From Hemiscyllium ocellatum (lineage: Eukaryota): a DNA stretch of 64,000 bases. The stretch is taken from assembly GCF_020745735.1 (NCBI RefSeq), contig NW_026868014.1:1-64000 (forward strand). The letters are read 5' to 3'. The position numbers and the translations under genes were made by a program. The notes beneath the pieces were generated by a model. The model did no database searches, was not told the origin of the DNA, and worked only from the letters and a program-made list of their open reading frames with translations. Of this stretch, positions 12,360 through 25,414 are shown piece by piece; the first letter of the stretch is position 1, and each line of letters opens with the position of its first letter.

Positions 12360-13300
12360 TCAGTGACAGCAGTTGGAACTCCGGGTTTCGGAGCTTGAGC
12401 AGCAGCTGGTGTCAGTTCGGAGCGTCCGTGAGGCTGAGAGCTCCGTGGAGAGCACGTTTCTAGATGTGGTCACTCTGCAGCTTCAGCGAATGCAGGGAGA
12501 GAGGGAATGGGGGAGCAGCAGACAGTCCAAAAGGACCAGGCAGCTAGTAGTGGAATCCCCTGAGTGCATCGCACTCTCCAACCAGGATTCAGTTCAGAAT
12601 CCTGATGAGAATGATGGTTCATCTGGGGAGTGCAGCCAGAGCCAAGCCCATGGCACCAAGGTGGAGGGTTCAGCTGTACAGGGGGGTACAAGGAAGAGGG
12701 AGAGCGAGAGGAGATTCGAGAGTGAGGGCAATCGATAGGTGTTTCTGCAGTTGCAGATGGGAATCCAGGATGGTGTGTTGTCTCCCTGGTGCCAGGGTCA
12801 AGGATGTCTCTGAGCGGCTGCAGAGCACCCTGAGGGGAGAGGGGGAACAGGCAGCAGTCGTGGTCCACATCGGTCCCAGTGACAGAGGGAGGAAAGGGAT
12901 GTGGTCCTGCAGTCAGAATTTAGGGGGCTCTGGAGGGAATTAGCACTGGGATCTCAAAAGTTAGAATCTCCGGATTTCTCCCAGTGCCCCATCCAAGTGA
13001 GAATAGGAACAGGAGGATAACACAGGTGAATGTGAAGCTGGAAAGAGGATCCAAGTTGGAGGACTTTAGATTCTTGGGACATTGAGACTGGGTCTGGGGG
13101 AGATGGGACCTGGACAGACCAGACAGCGTTGTTCCTGAACCGAGCTGGGACTGAGTTCCTTTGGGGTGATTTACTAGTGCAGTTGGCGAGGGTTTAAACT
13201 AACTTGGCAGGGCTGTGGGAGCCAGGAGGGAATAACAGAGAGGAACACCAAGGACCACAGAATCCTCAGAACAGTCAACAAGTCACCACCCAATGGGAAG
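12360..13300 (+). mobile_element. CR1 ORF1 remnant (coiled coil plus SGNH esterase-like); mirror ~52700-53550
   Basis: ELRVSELEQQL...; CCLPGARVKDVSERLQ...VVVHIG motif typical of the CR1 ORF1 esterase. Confidence 0.8.
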
Positions 13301-13449
13301 GATGCAGAGGAATACAAATGCAAGGAATTTACAGATATCTGCAAACATGATAGAGTCATTATAAATGGTTCTTTAATTTTTGAATATAGACTGGGGTAGT
13401 AGCAGTGTAACAGGCAGGGAGGGGCCAGAGTTGTGAGAGTCTGTTCAGG

Positions 13450-14960
13450 TGAATTTTCAGGTGGCATTGTGGCCAGTGAAGAAGGCTGTCTAAGAGGACA
13501 ATGGGATCTTGACCAACTGGGCCAGTGGGCTGAGGAATGGCAGATGGAGTTTAATTCAGATAAATGTGAGTGCTGTACTTTGCAAAGCCAAACCAAGGCA
13601 GGACTTTTATGGTTAATGGTAGGGCCCTGCGGAGTGTTGCTGAACAAAGAGACTGAGTGGTGAAGGTGCAGGTGCATTATTCCTTGACAGTGGAGTCACA
13701 GGTAGACAGGGAGATGAAGAAGGTGTTGGGTATGCTTACTTTTATTGGTCACTGCATTGAGTAAAGGAGTTGGGACATGATGTTGCAGCTGTACAGCAGT
13801 TGGTGAGGCCACTTTGGGAATAATGTGAACAATTCTGATCATCCTGAGATAGGAAGGATGTTGTTAAACTTAAAAGGCAGCGGAAAAGATTTACAAGGAT
13901 GTGGCCAGGAATTGGAGGGTTTCCGCTGTCGGGAGAGGCTGAAGAAATGGGCCTATTTTCCCTGCAGCATCTAAGGCCTCGAGGTGACCTTATGGATGTG
14001 CAGAAAATCATGAAGGGCATGGACAGGGTGTATATCCAAGGTCTTTTCCTTGGGAACGGGAGTCCAAAACAAGAGGGCATAGGTTTAAGGTGAGAGGCAA
14101 AAGATTCAAAAGGGACCTGAGTGGTAACTTGTCACACAGAGGGTGGTGTGTGTCTGGATCGAGCTGCTAGAGAAAGCGTTGGAGGCGGATAAAATTACAA
14201 CATTTAAAACACATTGGGATGGGAACATGGATAGGAAGGGTTTAGAGGGATGTAAGCCAAATGCTGGCAAATGGGATGAGGTCATTTAGGATATCTGGTT
14301 AACACAGGCAAGTTGGACTGAAATGTCTGTTTCCACACTGTATGACTCCATGACTATGAGGGACTGGAAAAGCTGAGACTTTTTTCCCTCTAGTGTAAGA
14401 GTCTGAGGAGTGACCTTATAGAGGTTTATAAAATCATGAGGGACATAGATAATGTAAATCATTCAGGAAGCAGGTGAAATTTTGTAGAAATGGCAAAAAA
14501 TATTCCCAAAGATCATTCCAGGGATGAGGAACATCAGTTATTAAGATAGTTTGGACAATTTGGGACTGACTTCTTTGGAGAAGGCTGAGAGGAGATTTGT
14601 TGGAGGAATTAAAATCAGGAGGGGCCTGGATACAGTAAATAGGGAGAAAATGTTCCCAAGAGAAAGGATTGAGACCGAGAGACCACAGATTGAAGGCAAT
14701 TGGGAAAAGTCACAAAAGTGAGATGGGGAACAACATTTTGGCCAGTGAGTGGTTAAGGTGTGGAATGCACTGCCTGAGAGTGTGGTGGAGGCAGCTTCAA
14801 TTAAAACATTCCGAAGGGAATGAGACTGATATTTGAAAAGCAACAATGTTCAGGGTGACAGGGAGAAGGCAGGAGAATGACACTCAGTGAATTGCTCATT
14901 CGGAGAGCCAGTCCAGACAGGATGGGCAGAATGGCCTCCTTGTGCAATGTGACAATTCTG
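13450..14960 (+). mobile_element. CR1 3' fragments (mirror ~49730-52150)
   Basis: LDQLGQWAEEWQMEFNSDKC and RGDLMDVQKIMKG motifs. Confidence 0.8.
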
Positions 14961-15389
14961 TGATTATGTGATTGAGCAGAGTTAAAGCTGGGGGAGGTGG
15001 GAGCTCGGTGTCTCACTGTGCTGCTGCTGAGGTCAGTGAGGTCAGAGACTGGGACAGGGAGCCAGAACTCACATCAAACTCTGCCCGTGTCCGTCACACT
15101 GAGACTGGCAGGAGGCTACTCATTGATTTCACTCCATGCTGCAGGAATGGGACCACAGGCTGCAAATGGACAGAGCTCCTCCACACGATGAGTAAAACTT
15201 ACTGACTTATATCTTGCTTTTTAATGGGGTTATAGGACTAAAGAAATACAGGTGTACACCGTATGGGACGCGGTGTTCCTCAATCAAACATTTCCTTCAC
15301 TGCAACACTTCAACAATTCAGTATTTGTGTTTTATAAATTGTGTTTCAGTATTGAAAGGGTTAATAACAGAGGATTGAGGTTTACTTCC

Positions 15390-15424
15390 TCAGTCTGAGC
15401 TTGGTTCCTTTACTGAACGTAAGC
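15390..15424 (-). pseudogene. IGKJ: Ig kappa-type J segment, cluster A (defective)
   Basis: Reads G CTT ACG TTC AGT AAA GGA ACC AAG CTC AGA CTG A = LTFSKGTKLRL, so FGxG has become FSKG. The splice donor GTAAGT of the paralog reads GGAAGT. Confidence 0.92.
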
Positions 15425-15462
15425 CACAGTGAGAGCTCCAGTGCAGAGGCTGTACAAAAACC
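15425..15462 (-). promoter_or_regulatory. J recombination signal, cluster A (22-bp spacer)
   Basis: On the minus strand GGTTTTTGT-22 nt-CACTGTG; consensus nonamer (15454-15462) and heptamer (15425-15431). Confidence 0.92.
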
Positions 15463-15856
15463 TCAGCTCTCTGCTTCCCTCCATCACTCTCAACCGCTCC
15501 TTCTCTCTCTCTCTGTCTCTTACTTAGTCTCACCCTCTCCCTGCCCTCCCTCTGTCTCTCTCGGTAGTGTTCAGCTGGGCTTGTGCAGTTTGTGAACTTT
15601 ATTTTTCGATGTTAAATCTTGCAGCTGCTCTTCACGTGTGGCCATGGAATGCAAGAGGGAAACTTGAGGCCTTCAGTGAGCGTGAGACACCACAGGGACT
15701 GGAGTGTGTCATGTACAGTGACAATCCCGGTATGGGGTAATTTGTTCAATTTCATTTACATATAACTGTGGATGTATCAGTGCAGGAGGTGGAACTGTGT
15801 ATATGTCACAAAAATGTGGAATGTGTTAGTACAGGTGGGGGTGCTGTGCTTATTGA

Positions 15857-15884
15857 GATTTTTGGATGGCTCTGTATCACCGTG
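15857..15884 (-). promoter_or_regulatory. V recombination signal, cluster A (12-bp spacer, degenerate)
   Basis: On the minus strand CACGGTG-atacagagccat-CCAAAAATC. The spacer is identical to cluster B; the heptamer has 1 and the nonamer 2 non-consensus bases. Confidence 0.88.
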
Positions 15885-16172
15885 AAGGCCAGCTGTAATG
15901 CTGCTGACAGTCATAGTCAGCGACATCCTCATTCTGAACGTTGCTGATTGTCAGGGTGAAACTGGTCCCTGATCCACTGCCGGTGAATCACTCGGAGATT
16001 CCTGTGAGTTGAGTTGCTGCAGCATAGATCAGGAGAGAGGGTTTCTGACCTTCTCGCTACTGGTACCAAGCAAGGTAGCTGCTAATGGCCCTACAGGTGA
16101 TGGTTGCGGTCTGGCCCAGTCCCACTGACAGCAGTGGGGGAGACTGGGTCATGATGATGTCCTCACTGATAC
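15885..16172 (-). pseudogene. IGKV: Ig kappa-type V exon, cluster A (pseudogene)
   Basis: [97 protein letters not shown] at 16057-16059, TGA at 15988-15990, YYC changed to YDC, and a 9-nt CDR1 deletion relative to cluster B. Confidence 0.95.
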
Positions 16173-16358
16173 CTGAGGGATCAGAGAGAAACACAGTGAA
16201 GTCAGAACTTTCACAGAAAGAGCCTGTCAAATGAGAGATTGTTGGAGACACTGAGCATTCCTCTGGTTTCAGCATTTTCCCTTCAATCACAAGTCAGTGG
16301 AATTGGAGTGAAATGGAGAGCAGCTAAAGATTCAAGGTGGAAGGAGAGAGATTTGTAC

Positions 16359-16407
16359 CTGCGACACAGAATGCCAGGGGCCAGATCAGCTGGATGTGTG
16401 AAATCAT
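16359..16407 (-). pseudogene. Leader exon, cluster A (MISHIQLIWPLAFCVA-G)
   Basis: ATG at 16407, 49-nt phase-1 exon, GT donor at 16358-16357, 186-nt intron to the AG at 16173. Confidence 0.92.
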
Positions 16408-16467
16408 GGTGTGTGCTCCTGTCCCTGTGCCTGGTTCCTGATAAACTCTCCCTTCACTGGGCTCTGC

Positions 16468-16547
16468 TTTATAAAGCTGCAGCCTGTGAGAGTCTGACTG
16501 GGTGTTCCTCAGTATGTAAATGGCATCAGGCAGAGAGAGCCACGTCA
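16468..16547 (-). promoter_or_regulatory. V promoter, cluster A: TATA, octamer variant, CRE/G-box-like site
   Basis: TTTATAAA 16468-16475; ATTTACAT (minus) 16514-16521; TGACGTGG (minus) 16540-16547. Same sequence as the cluster B promoter. Confidence 0.7.
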
Positions 16548-17529
16548 GCCCCTCACACTTCCTCTTCTCTCTCTCTCTCTCTCTCCCTCTCTCTCTCTGT
16601 CTCAGAGAATCATTGATGTGGACAGCACTGAATGAGGCCATTTGGCCCATTGTGTCTGTGCTGGTAAACAAAGATCTGATGATCCTCCAGCTCTTGACCC
16701 ATTACCCTGGAGGCTACAGCAACACAAGGGAATATCTAAATACTGCTCCAATGTCATGAGAGTTTGTGACTGAACCAGCCTTTCAGGCAGTGAGTTCCAG
16801 ACTCCCTCCACCCTCTGGGTGAAAACATTTCTCCCTAACTCTTCTCTCACTCTCCAACTCGATTGGGCCTGGACTCAGAAGGATAAGAGGGGATCTGATT
16901 GAAATGTATAATATTCTAACAGGGCTGGGCAGGGAGGAGGTTTCCCCTGGTTGGGGAGTCTGGAACCGGGAGACAGTCTCAGGGGGATATGGGGTAGACC
17001 ATTTCAGACTGAGATGAGGAAACATTTCTTCACTCAGAGGATGGTCGATCTGTGGAATCATCTTCCATTGAAGGCTATGGAGGACAAGGAACCGAATATA
17101 TTCAAGAGAAAGAGAGAGATATTTGTTTTGCATTTTAACAGCATGAAGGGAATGGGGAGAAAGTAGGAAGGTGACTTCAAGAGAGAGGATCAGCCATGAT
17201 CATACTGAATGACAGAACAGTCTCAAAGGGCCGAATGGCCTACTCCTGCAGCACTTTCTTTGTGTCCATGTCTATTTTTCCTTCAATCTCTGTCCCTGGT
17301 TATTGAGTCCTTGACTCTTGTAAAAAGTGCCTTCCTACTCCCCCTATCACTGCCCTGAATAATCTTATCCCCCTCTATCAGGTCCCCTCTCAGCCTTCAC
17401 TGCTGCATGGAAAACAACCCCAACCATTCCAATCTTTCCCCACAGCTGACCCTCCATCCCAGGCAGCATCCTGGTAAATCTCTGCACCCTCTCAAGTACA
17501 ATCACATCCTTCCAAGAATGTGGTGACCA

Positions 17530-18100
17530 GGACTTGTCCCTCTGTCTCTCTGTCTGTCTCTGTCTCTCTCTCTTTCTCTCTCACTCTGTCTCAAAGCCAC
17601 TCTCTCCAACTTACACTTCCTCACTCCGTCTCATAATCTCTATTTCTGCATCTTTCTCTCTCACCATCACTCGCTCCATTGCTCACTTCAATTGAAAACC
17701 TCCAAATGTTAATTGCCCCTCTCTATCCCTCTCTCTGTCTCTCCCTCCCTCTCTGCATCCCAATCTACAGTCTCTCTCCCTCCATCTCTGTCATTCTGTC
17801 TCTTACCATACTCATGTCTCTCTCTCTCTCACACTCAACCCGACCCACTCTCTCTTGATTCCCTTCACTCTTGGTATCACACCCATCCTATCTCTTTTTC
17901 TCTATCCATCCCGATCAGTCACATCTTGTTTCTCTCTCTCTCTATCCCTCAATCACACCACGTCTACCTCCCTCTACCTCTCTCTTGGCCCCTTCACATA
18001 TCACACACTGTCTCAGATGCCCCTCCCTCTATCGCTCGATCACACACACAATTTGCATCTACCTCTCTCTTTGTCTTGCTTCTCTGTCTTTCTCACAGTG
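17530..18100. repeat. CT-rich low-complexity tract (GA-rich counterparts at 46740-47050 and 47540-48050)
   Basis: (CT)n/(CA)n mosaic. Confidence 0.85.
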
Positions 18101-18799
18101 TCCCAGGTGGTGAAAGTTGAATTCAGGATAAATCTCCCTCTGCTCTGCCCCACTAATGTATGTTAACCCTTGACCCAAAAGCATGTCTTTTCCTGGAGTA
18201 ACTCCCCATTTCTCACATTGACCAGGGTTTGACCTCATTCAGGACGATGGACAGATTCTTGTCAAATGAAGGGCAGTTCTGTTCTGTTGCCCTATTCTCA
18301 CTGGGGACTGGTTTGGACACAAACCTCATTCCATGAAGGCCCAGCAGAGAGAGGAGATCCTCAGGCCATCAGTGTGAGCTGGAGGGACAGGACAATTTCT
18401 GACCCAGTGACCCAGCCTGTCCATCCACAACATGTTCCAATCCTTTTCCCTTTCCTTCCCCTTCCATGATCAGTCTCTGAATCAGGCTGTTTGACTGGGA
18501 TGAGGGCTGGAGCATCACACAGTTACAACAGAAAGGAACTGACCACATACACACCATGTGTACATGACGTACTGGACTCTCCAACAGAGTCCACTAAACA
18601 TGGAATTTAGTTCACAAGGCTGCTCGATAGAGAGACATGGGCCTCCTTCCCACTGAAGTTCCCAGAAGAGACCAGTAAACATGAGCTCCTTCCTGCTGGA
18701 ATCTCCAACAGAGACCAGTAAACATTGGCCTACTTCTGATTTGATCCTCCAAGAGAGATCAGTAAACATGGGCCTCCTATTCATTGGACTTTCCGATTC

Positions 18800-20050
18800 A
18801 GACAAGTAGATGACTGAGTTTTTGAAGAAGTAATCACAAACCTTGCTAAAGGTAGAGCAGTACACTCTGTCTACTTGGACTTTAGCAAGGCCTTAGACAA
18901 GGTTCCTCATGGTAGATTGCTCAGTAAGATTATATCACATAGGATCCAAGGAGAGTGAGCCAATTAGATATAAAATTGGCCTGATGATAGGAGGCAGAGG
19001 CTGGTGAGAGAGGGTTGTTCTTCAGACTGGAGGCCAGTGACCAGCCGTCTGCCACAAGAATCGATCCTGGATCCACTGTTGTTCGTCATTTATATGAACA
19101 ATTTGGAGAGAAAATAGCAGGAATGGTCAGGAAGTTTGTGGCTGACATTAAAATTGTTGGCATCGTGGACAGGGAAGAAGGTTATCGAAGAGTGCAATGT
19201 CATCTTCATCAACTGGGCCAGTGGGTCAACAAATCCAGATGGAAATTCTGATGAATGGAAGGAGTTACATTTTGGTAAGGCAAACCAGGGCAGGAATTAC
19301 ACAATTAATGGTAGAGCCATGGGGAGTGTTGTTGAACAGAGAGACCGAGGGGTACAGGTACATAGTTCCTGGAAAATGGTGTCACAGGTAGACAGGGTGG
19401 TGAAGAAGGTATTTGGCACGTGCACCTTCACTGGTCAAAGCAGAGAGTACAGGAGCTGGGACATCATGTTACAGCTGTACAAGGCATCGGTAAGGCCACA
19501 TTTGGTCACTGTGTACATTTCTGCTCACCCTGCTATAGGAAGGAAGTCATTACGCTGGTTTGAATAAAAGAAAGATTAACAGGGATGTTACCAAGATTGG
19601 ACGGTTTGAATTATAAGGCGAGGATGGATATGCCAAGATGTTTTTTCCAGGGAATGCAGGAGATTGAGGGGTGACCTTATATAGGTTTATAGAATCATGA
19701 GGGTCATAGATAAGGTAAATAGCCAAAGTCTTTTCCCCAGGGTAGGAGAATCCAGTACTAGAAGGAATAGGTTTAAGTTGAGGGGTGAAAGGATTAAAAG
19801 GAAACTGAGAGACAACCTTTTCACACAGAGGTTGGTGTGTATGTGTAATGAGCTGCCAGAGGAAGTGGTAGAGGGGAGTACAGTTACTACATTTCAAGGA
19901 GATTTTTACAGCAACATGGATAGGAAGGATTCAGAGAGATTTGGGCCAAACACAGGCAAATGGGATTTGTTCAGTTTTGGAAACTTGGTAAGCATGGATG
20001 AGTTGGGCTGAAGGGCCTGATGCCATGCTGTAAACCTCTATGACTCTATG
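18800..20050 (+). mobile_element. CR1 LINE RT/3' fragment inserted into the 44-bp minisatellite
   Basis: YLDFSKALDKVPH and KFVADIKI motifs, 3' tail ...ctctatgactctatg. Confidence 0.85.
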
Positions 20051-23049
20051 ATGATGTATACATGAGCCACCTTCCCATAGAACCAGTAAACATGGACCTC
20101 CGTCCCACTGGAACCTCCAACAGACACCAATAAACATGGACCTCCTTCTCACTGGATGCTTCAGGAGAGACCAGTAAACATGGGCCTCCTTCCCACTGGA
20201 CTGTCCAGTACTTGAGCTGCAAACCCCAAATCCACTCCATCATGAAGGTCCCTTATTTCAGTCTCAACAACACTGTCTGTCTCTGCACGACTTCAGTCCC
20301 CTGACCACAGAAACACTAATTCCTGCTTGTCCTAACTATTGATTCCAATGTCCTCTCCCGGCTTCCTGAAGTCACATTCCATAAACCCCAACTTGTCTGA
20401 TATGGAGTGGTCCCTTCCTTGTCTGACATCTGAAGTCGTTCAAGAATGAGCTCACTGCCAACCAATTGCCTCCATGGCCTCCCTCCTCCCTCAATCTGTG
20501 TCCTGCTGCAGACTCACATTCCCTCCCTCCCCCTTCCATCTTCTGTCTCTGGTCTCCTGCCCATTGCTGCTTCCTCCATCCCACCATTGACAGCAGAGCC
20601 TTCAGGCCCCTACAGCATGCTCTCAGACCTCCTGCCCTTCATCCCTCCTCCTCTCAATTGTTGTGTTACTGAATATATTGTTCAGTCCCATTGCTTTTGG
20701 TTTACTGTTCCCTTGTCATTGATTTGCTGACTTACTCTAGTGAATCTAGTCTGGGCCTGTTTCCTGAGTTGTCAAGAGTGTTTGAGAAAGCATTCTTCTG
20801 TAAACTGGATTGTCTGTTTCTCCCAGTCTTTGTGTAAAGGTGAGACTAAGTGTGTGTAAGTTCTTATACAGCACAGACAGAGGTCATTGGGCCTATTGTG
20901 ACTGTTAGACAAATTAGTCCAATGAGTCCCATTTCCCCAGCCCTTCCTGTATAACCCTGCAATTGTTTCCTTTACAGCTATTTCTCCAAAGGCCCTTTTG
21001 AAAGTTGCTGTTGAATCCACTCCCACTCACCTTGCAGACAGACATCATAAACTCGCTGGATAAAAAATGTTCCTATCTTCTCTCTTGTTCTTCAGACCCT
21101 TTCTGAAATCTGTGCCCTCTGGTTACTGACCCTCCTGCCTGGAGAAACAATTTGTCCTGTATTTACTGCATCCAAACTCTCTAATTGTGAACCCCTCATT
21201 GAGTGAGACCTATTTCCAGCACAGGGGGAGAACATTCAGCCTGTCAGGTAAATGCTGTCATTTCATGGAGCAATCCAGTCAGTCCCACCCCCTCCCCTAC
21301 TCGACCCCCAGAGCCTTGCAGGTTTATTTCCATCAAGAGCCCATCCAATCTGCCATTGCAATCACTGAGTGTCTTCACCTGCCTCACCTGAATGGCACTA
21401 ATTTCCAATTTATTACCAATTGCTGTTCAAAACAAAGTTCTTCCTGACATCCCGAATCTCTTGCCCAACAAAATGTAAGGTAACTTAAATGTGAAGATGG
21501 TATTTTGTCTCCACACGGACTGTGCGGTGGTGACCCTTACTGATACTGTCATGGACAGATACACCAGCAGCAGGCAGGTTGGTGAGGGTGATAGTGAGTA
21601 TGTTGTTTCCTCTTGTTGGTTCCCTCACCACCTGCCCCAGGTCCAGTCGAGCAGCTGAATCAGGTGGAACCTGACCAGCTTGCTCAGTAGTGATGCTTCT
21701 GAGCAGCTTTTGATGGTGGACTTTGAAGTCCCTTACTCACGGTATATCCTGCATCATTCCCACCCTCAGTGCTCCCTCCAAGTGTTGTCAAACATGGAGG
21801 AGGACTGACTGTTCAGTTGAGGTTGGAGGGGAGGGCGGTGCTATGTGGTAATCAGCAGGAGGTTTCCTTCCCCATGTTTGACCTGCTGTCATGAGGCTTC
21901 ATGGGTTCCATAGTTAATGGTGAGGACTCCCAGGGCAACTCCCTTCTGACTGTACACACCACTGTGTTGCTTTCCCTGCTTGGTCTATCCTGCCAGTTAA
22001 AAACTGAATGAGGGAACAATTCTGTGCAGGTTTCACAGCTTGGAGACAGAGCTGCTGCTGGATTCTGTTTCTAATCTCGAAGTGCAGGCGTGTGTGTTTG
22101 TGAGAGAGTGACTGACACTTTTTCCATCACTGTGCTGTTTCTGAAAAGAAAAATCCCAGAACCAGCCTCCTGTGCTGTCAGGTTCCAGGGAGAGCAGACA
22201 GTTCACAGTTTTCTCCCATCTCAGTAACAAACACCCAGCTGCTCCGAGCACCTTCTTTCACTTCCTCTTTTGGTGAATTTTCAACCTTGTGCTCTGACAG
22301 TCTTGCAACTATTTTTTACACTGGGGCTTTCTGCTGTGGTCAGAATCTCTAATAATAAGTGTCTAATCAGTGACAATCACAGCAGCTAAGAGCAGTCAGG
22401 ACTGAAAAGCCCGGACTCACTGTGTAACATATTGGGAAGATCAAAGCCATCCTCTTCATCTCCTGCTCCAAACTCCATCCCTCTCCCTGGGGGTCTGCTG
22501 CACAACCAGACCCTTTACAAACGTGGCCACATCTCTGAGAATGATCTGACCCCTATATCCTCCATATTATACAGACCAGCCACTGAAAATCTCAATCATG
22601 TCTGTGGGACTCCAAACATGACCATTCCAATGTTGTGCTAGCACACATCACAGCAATCGCCCTCCATAACCTTCAGTTCATCCCAAATTCTGATGCCTGT
22701 ATTCAAACTTGCATCAAGTCCTGTTCCCCCAACCCCCTGCACCCTGTATCTACATTGGCTCCTCTCCAGCAACTCCTTGATTGTCGAGTTCTCATCCTTG
22801 TTCGCAAAACCCTCTCTGCCCTCCACCCTCCCTATCTCTGCCTCAGTCAGTGTGATCAGCAATCTTGGATGTACAGCTCTCTGTTTCTTCATCCAAGTCA
22901 TTCAGAAATATCATAAAAAGCTGAGCTCCCAGCACAGATCCCTGGGGATACCACTATTCACATCTTCCTCACTGGAGGATGCACTCACTATTCTTCCTCT
23001 CTGCCTCCTACCTCCAAACTAATTCCTGACCAAAGACAAATACTTTTCT

Positions 23050-25400
23050 TTGATTGGCTTGATGGTACGAAGCAGTGGGTAACAGTGGAAGGATGCTTGT
23101 CAGACTAGAGGCCTGTGTCTAGTGGAGTGCCTCAGGGCTCGGTCCTGGGCCCATTACTCTTTGCTATCTACATCAATAATTTGGATGAGAATCTGCAAGG
23201 CATGATTGGGAAGTTTGCAGATGACATTACAGTAGACATTGAGGGAGGTTATCAGAAATTGCAGCAGGACCTTGATCAGCTGGAGAAATGAGCAGAGAAA
23301 TGACAAAATGAGTTCAGAGAGATAATTGTGAGGTCTTGCACTTTCGGAAGTTTAATCGAGGTGGGAGTACCATGGTGAATGGTAAGGCCTTAAGGACTGT
23401 AGTGAAACAGAGAGATCTTGGAGTTCAGGTACACGGTTCTCTGGAAGTTGAGTCACAGTTCGACAGGGCAGTGAGGAAGGCTTTTGACACACTGGCCTTC
23501 ATCAGTCAGGGCATTGAGTATAGAAGTTGAGAAGTTATGTTACCATTGTACAGAACGTTGGTGAGGTCGCACTTGGAGTATTTGGTCACCTTGTTATAGG
23601 AAGGACATTATTAAACTGGAACAAGTTCAGAGGAAATGTACAAGCATGTTGCTAGGACTCAACAATCTGAGTTTTTGTGAGAAGTTGGACAAGCTAGGAC
23701 TTTTTTCAGAGAGTGTAGGAGACTGAGGGTTTTTTTTTAGAAGTGTATAAGACCTTGAGAGACATGGATAGGGTGAATGCACTCAGTCTTTTTCCCAGGG
23801 TTGGGGAATTGAGGATGAGAGGGGTTTTAGGTTAGAGGAGAAAGAATAAAAGGGAACCTGAGGGACAACTTGTTTACACAGAGGGTGGCACGCATATGGA
23901 ATGATCTGCCAGTGGAAGTGATTGAGGCGGGTATATTAACAACTTTAAAAAGGCATTTGGACAAATGCATGGATAGGAAAGGCTCCGAAGGATATGGGCC
24001 AAGTGCAGGGAAATGGGGTTAGCATGGATGGACATTTTGGTCAGCATGGACCAGTGTGGACCAAAAAGCCTGTCTCTGTGCTGTAGGACTCGATGACTCT
24101 TTGACTCTATAATTCCATATGTTTCCATGTTTACGGACAGTCTCTCAAACGCAGAAACAAAGTAACGAACAGCAGGACTAGGCCATTCAGCCCTTCGAGT
24201 GGGGTCTGCCATTAAATATGACCATGGCTGATCATTCAACTTAGTCCCGTTCCCACTTTTTTCCCATAACCTTAATCCCTTTCGTCCTAAGTCCCTTTAG
24301 ACCTATCTCCTTCTTGAAAACTTTTAATGTTTTGGTCTCAACTGCTTTCTGTGATAGAATATTCCATGAGCTTCCCACTCTCTGGCTAAAGAAATGTCTC
24401 CTCAGCTCAGTCTGAAATAACCTTTCCCTTTTCTTTAAACTGTAATTCCTGGTTCTGGATTCTCCAATGATCAGGAACATACTTCCTGTGTTTTTCCGGT
24501 CTTGTCCTGTTAGGATTTTAAAGGTTCCAACGTGATTCCTCTCAATCTTCTAACCTCCAGTGAATATAATCCTAACTGATCCAGTTTCTCAACAGATCTA
24601 AGTGCTGTCATCCCAGGAATCAGTCTGGTAAACTTTCGCTGTCCTCCCTCCACAACCAGAACATCCTTTCTCAGATAAGGAGACCAAAACTGTACACAAT
24701 ACAATCATAAAATCACACAGTACAGAACAGGTCCTTCAGCCCATTAACTGTGTACCAGCCAAACTACACTAAACCTGCACCAATCCCACTTTCCAATATG
24801 AGCCCATAGCTAGAATGTTATGACATTTCAACTGCTCACCCAAGTACTTTTTAAAGTTTGTGAGGTTTCCCACGTCAACTGCTCTCCCAGGCTGTGCGTT
24901 CCAGACCCCCACCACCCTCTGGATAAAAAAAACATTTTCCTCAAAACATCTTGAAACTTCCTATCTTTCACAATGAATGTAAACCAACTTTTTATTGACC
25001 CTCCCATGAAGAAGAACAGCTGCTTTCTCTCCTCCCTGTCCATTCCTCTCATAACCTTATACACCTCGATCAGGTCCCCCTCCACCTTCTCTGCTCTGAA
25101 GAAAACAACCCGAGCTGATCCAATTTCTCTTCATCACTAAGAGGTTCCATCCCACACAACATCCTGGTGATTCCCCTCTGCACCCCATCCAGTGCAATCA
25201 CATCCTTCCTACAGTGTGGTGACCTGAACTGCACACAGTACTCCAGCTGTGGCCTAACCAATGTTCTGCTTAACTGCACCATATCCTCCTGCTTTTATAA
25301 CCAATACCTGACATGACCAAGGCAAGTGTCCTCTGTTAACCTGTCTTGCCACATTCGGGGATCAGTGGACAAGTACCCCAAGATCATTCTGTTCCTTTGA
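23050..25400. mobile_element. CR1 fragments on both strands (plus 23050-24110; minus 24150-25400)
   Basis: LEYCVQF, YCVQFWSPYLRKD and RDLGVQVH motifs. Confidence 0.78.
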
Positions 25401-25414
25401 GCTTTCTCAGGTCC

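Larger units (their letters stand above)
2381..25330 (-). repeat. Left arm of large inverted segmental duplication (mirror of ~41430-64000)
   Basis: Unique blocks and repeat junctions recur in reverse complement and in mirrored order: 2410-2730/63280-63980, C exons, 7640-7960/58880-59230, J and V, 18100-18480/46350-46740, 22200-23030/42700-43760, and the CR1-CR1 junction at ~24700/42030. Coordinate sums stay at about 64.6-66.8 kb. Confidence 0.93.
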
